DNA of 64,000 bases, taken from assembly GCF_009834535.1 (NCBI RefSeq), contig NC_045724.1, positions 23,436,001 through 23,500,000 of the forward strand, written 5' to 3'. Below, one piece after another: positions 50,400-62,400 of this stretch. Both the position numbers and the translations under genes were made by a program. Each line of letters begins with the position of its first letter. The first letter of the stretch is position 1. The notes under the pieces are model-generated. The model saw nothing but the letters and a program-made list of their open reading frames with translations. It ran no database searches and was not told the origin of the DNA. Source of the DNA: Camelus ferus (Eukaryota).

Positions 50400-52617
50400 G
50401 TAAGCGGGGCTCGCTGATTTGCGCGGGGGAGGGGCCGGCGGAGGGGGAGGGGGGCCGGCGGAGGGCAAGGTCAAATTCAACAGGAGACGCTTTGAATTGT
50501 CGTAATGTGGCTCTCTGAAACGAGGAATACATTCTGAGCTATGGCAAAGGTTCTCCATAAGTCCTATAAAATCCTAAAGCAACCTTCCCTCTTATGTTTA
50601 AGTAAAGACAAAATCAATTAATTACATACTCGATTAGTCATATTTATAATCCAAAGTACTCAATACCATGGGACACTGAATGCCCGGTCATGTGGTCAAA
50701 CTGTCTTACTTGCTTTCAGATAAAAAGTTATTGGAAAAGGTGCCCCATCTCATCTAGTGCAGGATTCCTCCCCACAAGCAGAGTCCCCCATCTTCTGAAC
50801 AAGAACTGCCAGGAGAACTCGTTTCTCCCCTATTTTCCACTCTCAAATTCCGCAAATTTACATGATAGGAAAGCAAGAAAACCATTTTCATTGTTTGTTT
50901 GGAAGGTGTAACTAGGGTGATCAAAACTTATCCCCGCCAACGTGCTTCAGTCTGCCGGCCTTGTTGTCACTCTGAATCTTCTCATGTTCAGCCCTTCTCA
51001 GATTTACCTAGAAAGCCAGCAAAAATTAAATTCCTAGCCCCTGCCTAGGGTGTTGAGGGGTCTATAATTTTTAACAGGCGTCCCATACTTAAATGCTGAC
51101 ATCATGAAATCTTTCTCTGTGATTTTTATGTCATCTAAGAACTGAATACTTTGTCTGTGTCTCAAGGAGTCAGAAATATTTTCAGGAGTGTATGGCTGAG
51201 GGCGGGGCTTTATACCATGTCATAAAACTTTCTCTCAGGTTGACAGTGACTTCTAATGAGCATCCTTTGGTTTCTGTTCGATCACTTAACAGTCCAGCCA
51301 TCTGTTGTCCTTTCTGTAAGTCCCTCAACAGGGCTGCCACATTCACAATGAACAAATCAGCTCACATGCTCATATTACGTTGTTTCTGATTGGAAAGTGT
51401 CTCATGTTAGCACTTACTGAAACCACTGGGGGATGTGACTCTAACTTGAGTGACTTCACGAGAAGGTTTTTCTGTTAATCATGAACGTAAAGGGGGAAGA
51501 AAAGGAGAGGTACAAGAAACCCTACAGAAGTTTTGGGGAATGAAGCCCAGAGCCTCACACCTCGGGGCTGGTGGGGTGTAGAATTCTCCCGAGAACTGGC
51601 AGCCGGCTGGGAGGCCAAGTGGGGAGGGCTTGTTTCCAGCACCAGTACTGGCAGAAAACTCAGCACCATTGCCCCAGTTTTTAGATTATGTTCCACCTGT
51701 ATAGATTATCCTAAGCGTATTAACTATGACTTCATAAAGCAGAAAACAGCCTTTTAAGAAAACACGCTAAATGTGTAAATCTGAATAATGTTGTACTTAA
51801 ACTACTAACCTTGGAAAGTCACAAGCCTATTCGTCTTCAGGGCCAAGCCTTCAAACTGGTTCACGAGTCAGCAAGGCATCCAGGGCGTGCCTTCTAGGCT
51901 CCCCTGTTCATGGAGAAGGGGAGGAAGGATGAACACGGTGTGTACAAAACCACTTCTCCCCTCCATGCTGCCTTGTCTGTGTGTAAAGTTGGGTCATGGG
52001 CTGGAGAGTGAGATGCTCAGTTATATTTTTGAGGCATAGCTGTGGTCTCAAAACCCCATTTCCCTTATGTAATTTGCCTTCTTAGCATTCCTAGGACTCT
52101 CTCAGTTCACCGTTCACTGTCTGAGAGGGGCTTGTGCCCCCTCAGTATACAAGCATCTGGGATCTCCCCAGATTTGCTGTCCTCGGTAGACGCCATCCTC
52201 AGACAGCACGCTCAGGACTGCACCTCATCACAGCCAGGAAACACGCCACGTTCTAGGCCCTTCCTCTCCTGTGCATCCCTCTTTCCCTGTCAGGAGTTTC
52301 TGCTCATTCTAATTCTTTGTGCTTTTTCCATGCAACCCCCTGTCAAAAAATAGACTGAGGTATTTTTCCATGAACATGGTATTCCTCTTGGAACGTTTAC
52401 CACTTTCCAAGGCAGAAGTGCCCTGTTCGGCCTAAGCCGAGTGAGTGGAGCTCCAATTTGCCGTTGTAGTTCTTGGTAAGGTGAGTCTTGAGGGTTTTTT
52501 CATGGGATGATGAGCCTTCCCAGTGCCTCCAAACCACATTGTAAGGTGGACGTCTATTTGCCGATGCACAGTTCTGGTCCTGTACATACGAATTTTGGCG
52601 AGACTTTAGATCGACTC

Positions 52618-52812
52618 CAGCACCGTCCAATAGAACTTTCTGTGGTGGTGGCTTTTCTGCTATCCAGTGTCCAACAACAGGAGTCACTGGCTGTTGAGCA
52701 TTTTGAATGTAGCTAGTGTGACTGAAGGACTAATTTTTATTTAATCACATTTTAATTACTTTATATTTAAGGTAGCCACATGGACCTAGTGGCTATTATA
52801 CTAGACAGCATA
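52618..52812 (+). mobile_element. MER3 (hAT-Charlie MITE)
   Basis: cagcaccgtccaatagaactttctg ... tgtagctagtgtgactgaaggactaattt ... tagccacatggacctagtggctattatactagacagcatag, with terminal inverted-repeat remnants. Confidence 0.85.
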
Positions 52813-53114
52813 GGTCCAGTTAGTGATGTTGATTTAACATTCAGTCTGTATTAAACCCGTTGTTTAAGCCAGTGGGGTCTTGGAGAAAGTAACTGAAATC
52901 TGTTAAGAATTGTTTCAAGGCTTGGATCTCTAGGAGCCACAGTTTGATATACTGAAAAATTGCAGTGCAAAGCTAATAAAGTTGGAAAGGCCAACTTTAC
53001 TGGAGTCTACTAATTCCTCTGAGAGGCAAGGAGCCTTTTTAATTCGTATTTTGAGCTATCATATGCCTCACTCATTAGCGTGTACATTTTAAATGCTTAT
53101 CATGCTCTACATGC

Positions 53115-53440
53115 TTGAAAGGACTCAAATGATTGATAAGATATGGTCACTGTCCTCCAGGAGCTTGTGAACTACAGAAAAAATACAAATAGGTATGAAA
53201 CAATTTGAGTGAGACATGAAGCGGTTAGAGACCAAGAGAAGGACTAGACTCAGCTTTGCTGTCTATGAACCCAGTGGGAGTTCCTCACTGGAAGAAGTGA
53301 CAGTAGTCTGGCTTGGATAGTTTATGAAACTTAGTGGAAAAGGTAAGGTGTCCATCAGGGCTTGAAGGATAGTTTTGATTTGGACAAATAGAAAGGAAGG
53401 AAAAAGCATACAGGAGAGAGAGTGTTTGAAAAGCAGGCTG
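53115..53440 (-). mobile_element. L2 fragment
   Basis: gataagatatggtcactgtcctccaggagctt ... ggcttgaaggatagttttgatttggacaaatagaaaggaagg. Confidence 0.6.
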
Positions 53441-53493
53441 GCTATTTTAAGCTGGGAGTTTCAACCCAAAGCTTCAAAAACCAAAGGTATGAT

Positions 53494-53533
53494 GAATTCT
53501 AAGGAATTCTAAAAATTCTAAGGAATTCTAAGG
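53494..53533. repeat. About four copies of a 10-bp unit, GAATTCTAAG
   Basis: gaattctaag gaattctaa aaattctaag gaattctaag g, read directly. Confidence 0.9.
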
Positions 53534-54611
53534 CTGTTTTCACTCAAGGTAAAAGTGTTATGAAAGCTCCTTCTGACATCTCTCTGGGGGGGTGGCAGTG
53601 GTCAGAAACTGAAGTTGTGGAAAGTCTGAGGGTTCTTTTGTCATTCATAACCCGGACAAGGAGCGTTGAGATACACCAGGTGGTGACGGTGAGAACAGAA
53701 ATACGGGCCGGCAAGCTGTTTCCACATCATTCCCAAATAAGTGGATCTAAAGATGAACAGTCCTTCATGTTGCCACATTTTACATTTAAAAACCAGTAGG
53801 GATGATTTTCTTTGTAAGGAACTTTAGGACTGCACCATATTCCTTTCAGGCTTCTTTGTAAAAAGTGGTTAAAACTCTTTCCTAGCAACTATGCTTATGT
53901 CTAATGTGGTCATAAAATGTAACAGCCTAGCTGGTAATTGTTTTGCCAGTTGTTGATGTGTATTTATGAGTAGTGCACAATTTAGATCATCAGTGCTCGA
54001 CACAGACAGGGAAATAGTGGCTCCAGAAATCAGGATACCTAGAAATTACAGTGCTCTTCTGAGCTCTTCTTTCAAGGTCACCTACGATATGGGAACAACT
54101 CATAAAAACTAACACTTGTGAAATCTAAATAATGAACTCGAGGTAAATTTTAAAATCCTCTGAGTATAAGCTCCTCCCCCCCCCAGCAGATTTACCTCTA
54201 GGATCAACTATCTTCAGCTTTGTTTTCTTATTCCGAAAGCTCTTCAAATGTCATTCAATCTGAGCCTTTTGCTGTTAGTGTGGTGCTTGAATCTGTGTGT
54301 TAGTATTTTCACATGATGGGATTGTAGAATTTGAATGGATCAAAGAGGTGAAAATATTTTAGTTCTCATTTAGATATTGTATCTATTTTAGAGGCTTTTG
54401 TAATGTTTAACGTCTATGCATTATTCTATGTTCTATATGTTGCTGTTTTGTACAATAGATAATCTTCTCTGAGAATTTATTTTATATTTAAATTTTCTTG
54501 TACTTTATCCCCACTGGCAACATAGTTTCACTGATTTAAGTGCTTCCAATAAATGTATAATATTTATTGGATGTAAAGAATTCAGTCAGTGATTAGAAAT
54601 CAATGCCTGAA

Positions 54612-54820
54612 TGAGTATTATTATCCCAATTTTATGAATGAAAATTGAGGTTCAGGGTAGTTAAGTCACTTGCTCAATGGCTCAGCCAGTGAGTACCCCA
54701 GCTTTCTTATCCGAAAAACAAGGATAATGGTGGTCCTTACCTATGGAGTGAAATGAATATTTAACATTTGCTTAGACCACTGGTTGGCACATAGGAAGCA
54801 TTATTATATAAGTTTGTTAG
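54612..54820. mobile_element. Two abutting MIR fragments in opposite orientations
   Basis: Minus fragment tattattatcccaattttatgaatgaaaattgaggttcagggtagttaagtcacttgctcaa (about 54612-54690), then plus fragment ctttcttatccgaaaaacaaggataatgg ... ttggcacataggaagca (about 54700-54820). Confidence 0.6.
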
Positions 54821-55024
54821 ATAAAATATGAAAAGCAAGCCTGCATGTGGATGACTCTTTTGGAGAAGTTAAAAATGCATTAGCAAGAAGATCTTTCAAA
54901 AGAGTTATTTATACTTAAATCCTTAATCTTCTTCACATCTGTCCAAAAAAAAAAAAAAAAAAAAGCAATAAGCCTGCTAGTCACCAAAGAAATCTTTACC
55001 TTCTCCTGAGCATCCTTATACACC

Positions 55025-55245
55025 ATTGTGATTAAAACTGACGTCTCTGGGCCACGACTGCCTCAGTTCAAATCTTGGCCCAGCCACGTACCAGCTGTGT
55101 GAGGTTAAGCAACTTACATAACCCTTCTGTGCCTGTTTTCTTACCTATAAAATGAGTATAGTAAGACATTCAGTCCCACAACGTTGTGAGCACTAAAGCA
55201 GTTAATATCTGTAAAGCAGCACCTGTTGCACAGTGGGTACTAGAT
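55025..55245 (+). mobile_element. MIR SINE
   Basis: gttcaaatcttggcccagccacgtaccagctgtgtgaggttaagcaacttacataacccttctgtgcctgttttcttacctataaaatgagtata. Confidence 0.8.
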
Positions 55246-58200
55246 AGTCATCGGGAATCCCTTTCTGACAAACAGGTCACCAGAGTGAAATGTCAAGACT
55301 GCCTTCTGAAATGCGCCGTAAACGTCCACAGGGATGAAACATTCTTAGGGTGACATTCTTTTCTTCCCAAATTTCCCACCACTTCCTTTTTGTGTTTTCT
55401 TGCCTGTGCCATTTTACATGTTAGTAGTCAGTCAGGACTCCTGAAAAACTTTAAGATTTCTGGCACTCGAAAAAAGATTCCATTTTCTTAAAGTCCCTAT
55501 TTTTCCAAGACCTGGCTATAAAACAGGATGGGATTTCTATTAGTATATACTGTCAAACAAGTGCCAACTAGTTCTGATTCTCTAGGTCCAAGTTAAACAG
55601 CCATTCATGACCCAATATGCAAGAGTCCCATTTTTCTCAAAGTCCCTTTGAGTTATTTTGAGAGTGGGTACTTGACTAGCCTGTGCTTTTCCAAGAGTGG
55701 AGTCGGGTTCGAAGAGCATTGGAGAAGAACCCTGCCTTGGATCAGCTTGCTGACCATGGGCACTTCACTGTCCCCCGCCTGGAACCAGTGGGGTTGGGCT
55801 GGATCAGGGGGAGCCGGAGCCGGGGGAGCCCAGGGGGATCTAGGAATCGGCCAGAGTGGTGTTGCTCTGATTCACCTCACTCGTTCACTTTTCCTATAAA
55901 AGTGCCCTTGCACGTAGGATTCTCCCACCCCCAGGAAGATGGAAAACCACAAGACTAGTCAATCTCTGAGATCCTTCCCAGGGCTGCCATTTTCCTCTGA
56001 TTCATTTTCTCGCGACCACACAACTGTGATCCAGAGTCACGACTCGCACAACTTGTCAGTTTAGTCACTTAGTCATTTTTCCCACCATCCCTTGGGCTTT
56101 CTCAGTGTTTCACCTGTCCCCCTGCCCCAACGCCTAATGAGTTCTTAAGATATTTGAACCTGTTGAATAGAACATTCTTTTGAGTGGAAGCTGTTTTCCT
56201 GCCATTAAGAAAGTGACATTGTTTTCATGTTGTTCAGAAGAAACTACAGAGCTATTTGGAGAAAGATAGGATAAGAAAATCTTCGTTTTAAATATTCACA
56301 GTTTAAGAAAAATCCTTGGATTCCTACAAACTGAAGTCGAGAGCCTCCCCCTTCCCTCCCCGCCCTGGCACACTCTCTGCTGGGTTTCACCCTGAACTGG
56401 GGAAGGGAAAATGCAACCTTGTATAAAGTCATCCAAGGCCCGCCCGCCTGGCCGATATGTGGCGATCGCTTGTTCTTTGTGCGGGCAACAGAAGCCCTTT
56501 CATACAAAGAAAAACCGTGCGAAGTTTCAGAATGGCCTTGCCGAAAGGATTCGTTTAGAACCTGCGCTTTTTGTAGACTGCGGGTCCTAATGACACATTA
56601 TCGAAAATTTACAATGAAAGAAAGCAACAAAGGAGAATTTCAATTTCTTTGAATGCTTCAAATTTCCAGTTCTGGAGTTTAAAATGGAAAAAGGTGTTAA
56701 AAGGCAATACAATTGGGGAGTTTATTTCCCAAAAGCCTTATTTTTTCCCAGGCAACAAAAGCAAGCAGAATGTATATACCCGGATTTATTGTCATTTGTT
56801 GCTTTCAGTCACAGCACACTTTGCATTCAAAGGCCGCTGTAGGACTGTTTTGACAAGTGTCACTTTGGTAGGTCCTGTGCAGGACACACGGAACTGGGGC
56901 AAGAGTGTTCCTCTGGGTCCGTGGGGAGTGTGTACATCAAGGAAGTCAGATGTATTACAGCAGCATGAATTGCTAATATGTCACCATTATGGAAAGGACC
57001 ACTGGCATATTGAATAATGTAGCTTTCAAAGCCAAGCAGAAAATGTAATTACAGACAATTTGATTGCTGTTTTTAAAATAAATATTTTCAAAATCTGGAG
57101 ATATTTTATTTCGTGTAATGCAAAAACTATGTAACAGTGTATCCGAGCTAAGTATCTCTTAGGACACGAAGGAGCTGATGATGTCAGCCACGTTTAGATA
57201 TGAAATAATAGAAGCATTTGTTTAAAATGGAATGGCTGTCACCCTGGTTTGTTTCTTTCTTTCAAAAATAAGAGGGGAAAGCAGTGAAAAGAACCGGTTT
57301 GCCCACTTTGACAGAAGAAAAAAGATGAAGAATGATTATTTAGTGTTATGCCACAATTCATCAAATGTTTAGCAATTACAGCTACTTTTTTCACAAATTA
57401 CCCTTTTTTGAATTCTGCGGCACATAAGAGCAGTGTATTAAACCACTGTAATACTGTGAAAAACTGGGCTGCTTTTTTTGGTGCTTATTTTTGACCATAT
57501 ATAATAAAAGTGTGTGGTTTAGGGTGTTTTTTTAATGTCAAATTCCTAATAAGGCTAAAAATAAGCATCGTTTGTGGTTAGCTGCTAAACTCTACTTCAG
57601 CCCTTTCTTCGCTCTAAACAGACTGCTTTGAATGTAGTATTGGTCAGTCGTTCAGTGGACTCAGTATGCTAATGATTTGGGACTATCTTTTAGTGCTATA
57701 ATAAAATATTGTTCCAAACTAGAGTTCTCCTTAATAGTGTTCGGGAAAGGAGCCAATTTAAAAATAACACTTTTCCTTCTTATGCCAAGTGTGAAAACTC
57801 AAGATTTGCTTTGTATGTGGGACTTGCTGTGCTTTTTATTTCAGTCCTGGAGTTCACATGGATGTGTGTCTCGTCCGCGCACGGGAGACGTTACAAGGCT
57901 GTAAGACCGGTTATATAATATACTGTAAGCAAACGTGGGGAGTGATGCAACCCAGGCTCCTCATTCCAGGCAGAAGTAAACCTAAACCAGCCAAGATATG
58001 TGGTTTTCTACCTACGAGCCAAGATCCCACAACTTTCCGTGGTCGTCTGTTTGTGTTTAATTAACCTTGTAACGTTAAGTTAAATTGCAGTAGGGGATTT
58101 AGATTCCTTCCAGGAAGTTCCTTATTAAAGTTAAACTAAAGTATCTTCCTGCAGTTTCACTCTCCTCGGTCTGCTTCAGAGGTCGGAGTGCTTCGAGAAC

Positions 58201-60336
58201 AGCAGATTCAAGTGTGTGCCGTGCATCAGGTCCGTCCTGCCCTTGTGTTTTTCTACCTGGGCCAAACAACCTCAGTTCCTTTAACATTTCCTCACAGGTC
58301 ATAGTTTTCAACTTTTAAATCAAATTCACTTCTTCTTTTTTTTGTTTTTTGTTTTTAATTTGTGATAGTAAGGAATGCCAACCACAATGGGAGGCAGAGC
58401 TCCAGACAGAGCCTGAGGTGGCAGATTAATTTCTGAATTTTTCAAATAATTCTCCACCCCCACATGGACATTTTATGATAGGCTCTTTAATAGCATCATT
58501 GATTGCTGCTGACATATTTAATTTTTGACCCATCGATCACTCCCACGGCGTGTGTCCCTTGCTGCATGGGTATCTAGCCAGCAATTCCCCGTCTTGTTTC
58601 TGCGTAACTCATTTCTCATCCTCAAGGCAAACATCTGGGAAGGACATCATGGTGTTATTCTTCAAGGCATCTTTTTTTTCTGGCTGGGTATCCATTATTT
58701 AAATAGCCCTTGGCAAACACAGAGAGGGAAAGAAAATATAGTTATGTGCTCCTAATTGCCCTTGGACAAACAGCTTCTAAGTAGACCCTTAAGTAAGACT
58801 CCCCAGGCCCTGGCGATGAGGTTTCAGTCACTAGCTATCCCCTCCAAATTGTTAATAAAATGTTTCCTAAGGTGTTGAGGGGGAGTTTGGGGAAAGCAGC
58901 ATAGAACCTGGATGAAAAAGAGGAGGAAGCAGGAAGAATGAAGAGCAGGTGCGAACAGAAGCCTGTTAGGAGACAGCTGGTACACGTGGGGGCTCTGTGG
59001 GCCGGGGGCTTCACACCCACTCTCTATGCCTTCTTGTCATTAACACTCAGAACCTGCCCTGCCCGCCCCGCCCCACCCCACCCCACCGCGAAAAGGAAAT
59101 TCTGTTCCCTCTCACTCTGCCTGGTAAGCTCTTTACAGAAGAGAGGACCTAGACACCATGAGGCTTACTTGGTTTCATTGGTGAAACTTCCACGTGGAAA
59201 CCATTGATAACAATGTTTTAAGTCGTGCCCGGCACGTAGTAGGACCTCGATGACTATTTCTGGTCCAATGAATGAACCCATTTTTCCCCACCGGGACCCT
59301 CAATCCTCTCCCCCACACAGGTACAGCATCATTATTGCTTTTCTGGCTGACACTTCTAAGTTGAATAGTCTTCTAAAATAGTACAAATATTCTGGATTTT
59401 TAAAAAGTACAATATCACATGTCATGGAGTCTACATGCGTCAAGTCTGCTCTAATATTTTCAATTTAGCTAAATGAATCTGAGCCCTGAACTTATATCTA
59501 ATTTTGCATTCTTAACACTTAATCAACATATTACTAATTTTTTCTAACCCTTTCCTCTATTAAATTGATACGTTTGACAGTTAATTACAAGGTGTAGTTG
59601 ATCTTTTTTAGATGAATAGTTTTATTTTCTGAGTAGAGCTATATTTACAGAGAAAAATGATCAGGAAAATTACAAGATGTCTAAAGGAATGTGCTTTTGC
59701 CTAGTCCCCCAAAATCTTGGGGGCAGAAGGAGCAGTGTAGAGAATTAATGTCTTTTACAGACTGGCCCGTATGACCAGTGTTGATTTTTTTTTTTTTTAA
59801 TCACAGAGTGATTCAGTCTTTGACTTGCTGTTGGCTTGATTTGTGCAAGTAGATTATCAGCATTAAAATGTTGCCTTGTGAGTCCATTTAGTTGTGGGGT
59901 CACAGGAGAATTAGTCTAAAATGCTTTTTAGGAGAACAATAAAGCAGTCTCACTTCAAGACACCGCTTCCTTCATTATTCATTAACTGTTCTTATCTAAA
60001 GCATATGGGAACACTTTAAGAGCAGGTTTTTGTTTTTTTTTTCCATTTCAGTTTTTTCCAGTTTGAAAGTTATGAGTTCTCTTATGTGGATAAGCAAAGC
60101 CTACGGGAACATGTTTTGTCTTTTTATATTAGTCATTTATATACGTTTCTCTGCCAGAAGCAACGCACACCCCACTGGAGAAAAGGTATGAGGTACTGCA
60201 GGGTCTTTGACTGTTTGGTGCAATCATTAAAATATTAGATTCTACTTTCCCTTTTTTTTGGATTATTTAAAATATTGCATATGCCGTAATAATCCAGAGA
60301 ACAGTTCTTTTTTTAATTCACCTAATAAATATATTT

Positions 60337-60339
<3 letters not shown>

Positions 60340-60368
<29 letters not shown>
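60340..60368. repeat. (AT)14 microsatellite
   Basis: Read directly. Confidence 0.95.
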
Positions 60369-60369
<1 letters not shown>

Positions 60370-61754
60370 CAAAATTGATGGTTGAACTTGTCTGAATTTC
60401 ATGGCTAATTGTAATTTCGTGTACTAATTCCCCAGGGAAATCTAAGTACTGTTTGTCAGAAGGAGATTAAACTCCTTTTTATAATAGTTCAGGATAATAA
60501 TTCTATTTTTGATAGGCAAAAAAATTCCTCAAAAGTTTTACATTTGGAAAGTATTATTCTTTACCTTTTAAGGAATTTTGGCTTTTTAAGGAAAATCTCG
60601 ATTATCTTTAATAAAATATTCAAGCCCCCAAACAGATTACACTGTTAAGATTTTTCATATTTTTACATGTACTGCATAGTTAATCACATTCTCCACTAAC
60701 CAGCAGACATAAATAATGGCTTACCAAATCCAGATCGGTCTATCCTTCATACATTATGACACTTGAAAATGATCTGGATGAAAAATAAAGTCCTGCTTTA
60801 ATTAAGATGGTAGGTTCATGGAGGTTATTGCTAAACACATTGCTTTATTAAGACAATCAGAAGACAAACAAAGCTATTAGCATTTTAAAGCATTTGCTTT
60901 CTGTTGTGTGCTGTACATTTCTTAATGGTGCTTGAAAAATTAACAGGACGAGGAGACGAGTCAGGCGTGACCACGTAACTGACCCCCACAGACAGAATAA
61001 AAGTAGGCTGCTCGCATCTATACTTATATATCTCTTTCTACATAAATATATACAGTTACACATTTAGGGACTGACTGAGTGTGCTTGCGTGTCTGGGACT
61101 CTTATCCCATCATGAGAGGACCAGTGGCCGGCAGCAGCCATTCCCCCCACTGGGCAGATGCAGGTTGGGGCCTTTGGCTGAGAGCTACTGCGTTACCTGG
61201 GGTACGTTCTTGTTCCTGTGGTTGTCCTTGCCTCCCCCAAAGCAGCCTCATTTCTGATCACGGCAGCACATGAGGATTAGCCCGTGTTTCCCAGCAAACA
61301 GGAGACACAGCTTTCTCTGCAGCCTGCCTCGGGCTTGCATTTCACCCTACTCCTCCTCACGCATTTTTGGAGGGTCTACATTGTGCCTCAGACCTTCTGG
61401 GTGTCCCGTGCAGTGAGTGTTAGAATCCAGGAGCTGACAGTTCACCTGGGAAGGTGAGGGTTACATATGTGCAACGTGGGGCTAATGTGAGACCATGGAA
61501 GTTCAGATTCTCAGCGAGGGGACATACCTTAAATCTTCCGGGGCGTGGCAGTCACCTGCAGAAGCCAACTAACGGCATCGGGGTCTTGAGCAGTGTGAGT
61601 GGGAGGTTCAGGGTGAGGCAACCTGGACGTGGCCCCTGCCGGGCCCCGCACTGGCTACGTGTGACCGTGGGCGGGTGAGTTCATGTGCCTCCCTGTCCTT
61701 GGTGGTGAGGATCGCTTGGCTCCAGGCGTCTGAAGCCGATCTAAGAACTACTGT

Positions 61755-61885
61755 GATGATATGTATTGGGCACCTGCTCTTGCCAAGTGCTAGGCAAGGT
61801 CTTTCACAGTTTCCTCTTAATCCCCACAGTCATAGCAGGGGGGGTCTAATCTCTAATCCTTACTTCCCCAGGAGGGACCAAGGAC
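61755..61885 (-). mobile_element. MIR fragment
   Basis: atatgtattgggcacctgctcttgccaagtgctaggcaaggtctttcaca..tttcctcttaatccccacag. Confidence 0.6.
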
Positions 61886-62264
61886 ATGCAGGCAGGGCAC
61901 ACAGGTGTCAGCTGGTAGGTGGGGAAGCAGGCGGGCGGAGGTCCTTGTCACCCGCGTTTCTGGGGAGTCGGGCTGTGCCTCCCTCTGGGCCAGGCTCTGG
62001 GACTCGGCACTGAGGGTCCTTATCGAGCCTCCCGTCCTCTCTGCCTCCCCAGGAGGTTTCTGATGGACTTGGTGCCATCACTGCTTACACTGCCTGTGCC
62101 AGTCCACACCACATTCCCAATTCTGTCATCTTTTTTTTTTAACAAAAAAACATATTTTTAACAAAATAAACTCACTTTATGTTCACATTGCTGAAATAAT
62201 TGTAATCAGAGAGTGAATAGAGGAAAAGAGAGAGAATCCAATGAAAAAAGGGCAGGCTTGGAAT

Positions 62265-62400
62265 TCTGGTTGGTGACTTTGACAAATCACTGGATCTCTC
62301 TGACCCTCAGTTTTTCTTCACTGTAAAAGGGGAAAAAACTGCGATGACAGCAATGATACTCACTTCACCACGTGGTTACGGGGAGTGAGTGAGATACAAG
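62265..62400 (+). mobile_element. MIR fragment
   Basis: gtgactttgacaaatcactggatctctctgaccctcagtttttcttcactgtaaaagggg. Confidence 0.7.

Noticed and set aside
50055-50558. Longest ORF in the window (167 aa, minus strand, with a PPPPPPAPPP run)
   Set aside because: Shadow frame: it is codon-for-codon antisense to exon 3, which has no TTA, CTA or TCA codons, and the proline run is just the reverse complement of the intronic G-run.
54612-54820. Inverted MIR pair as a potential dsRNA or editing substrate
   Set aside because: The fragments are short and too diverged to form a stable duplex.
58400-58430. CTCF-like AGGTGGCAG core (and similar partial matches near 36975, 62550 and 63765)
   Set aside because: Only half of the motif matches in each case, so none is supportable without a PWM scan or ChIP data.
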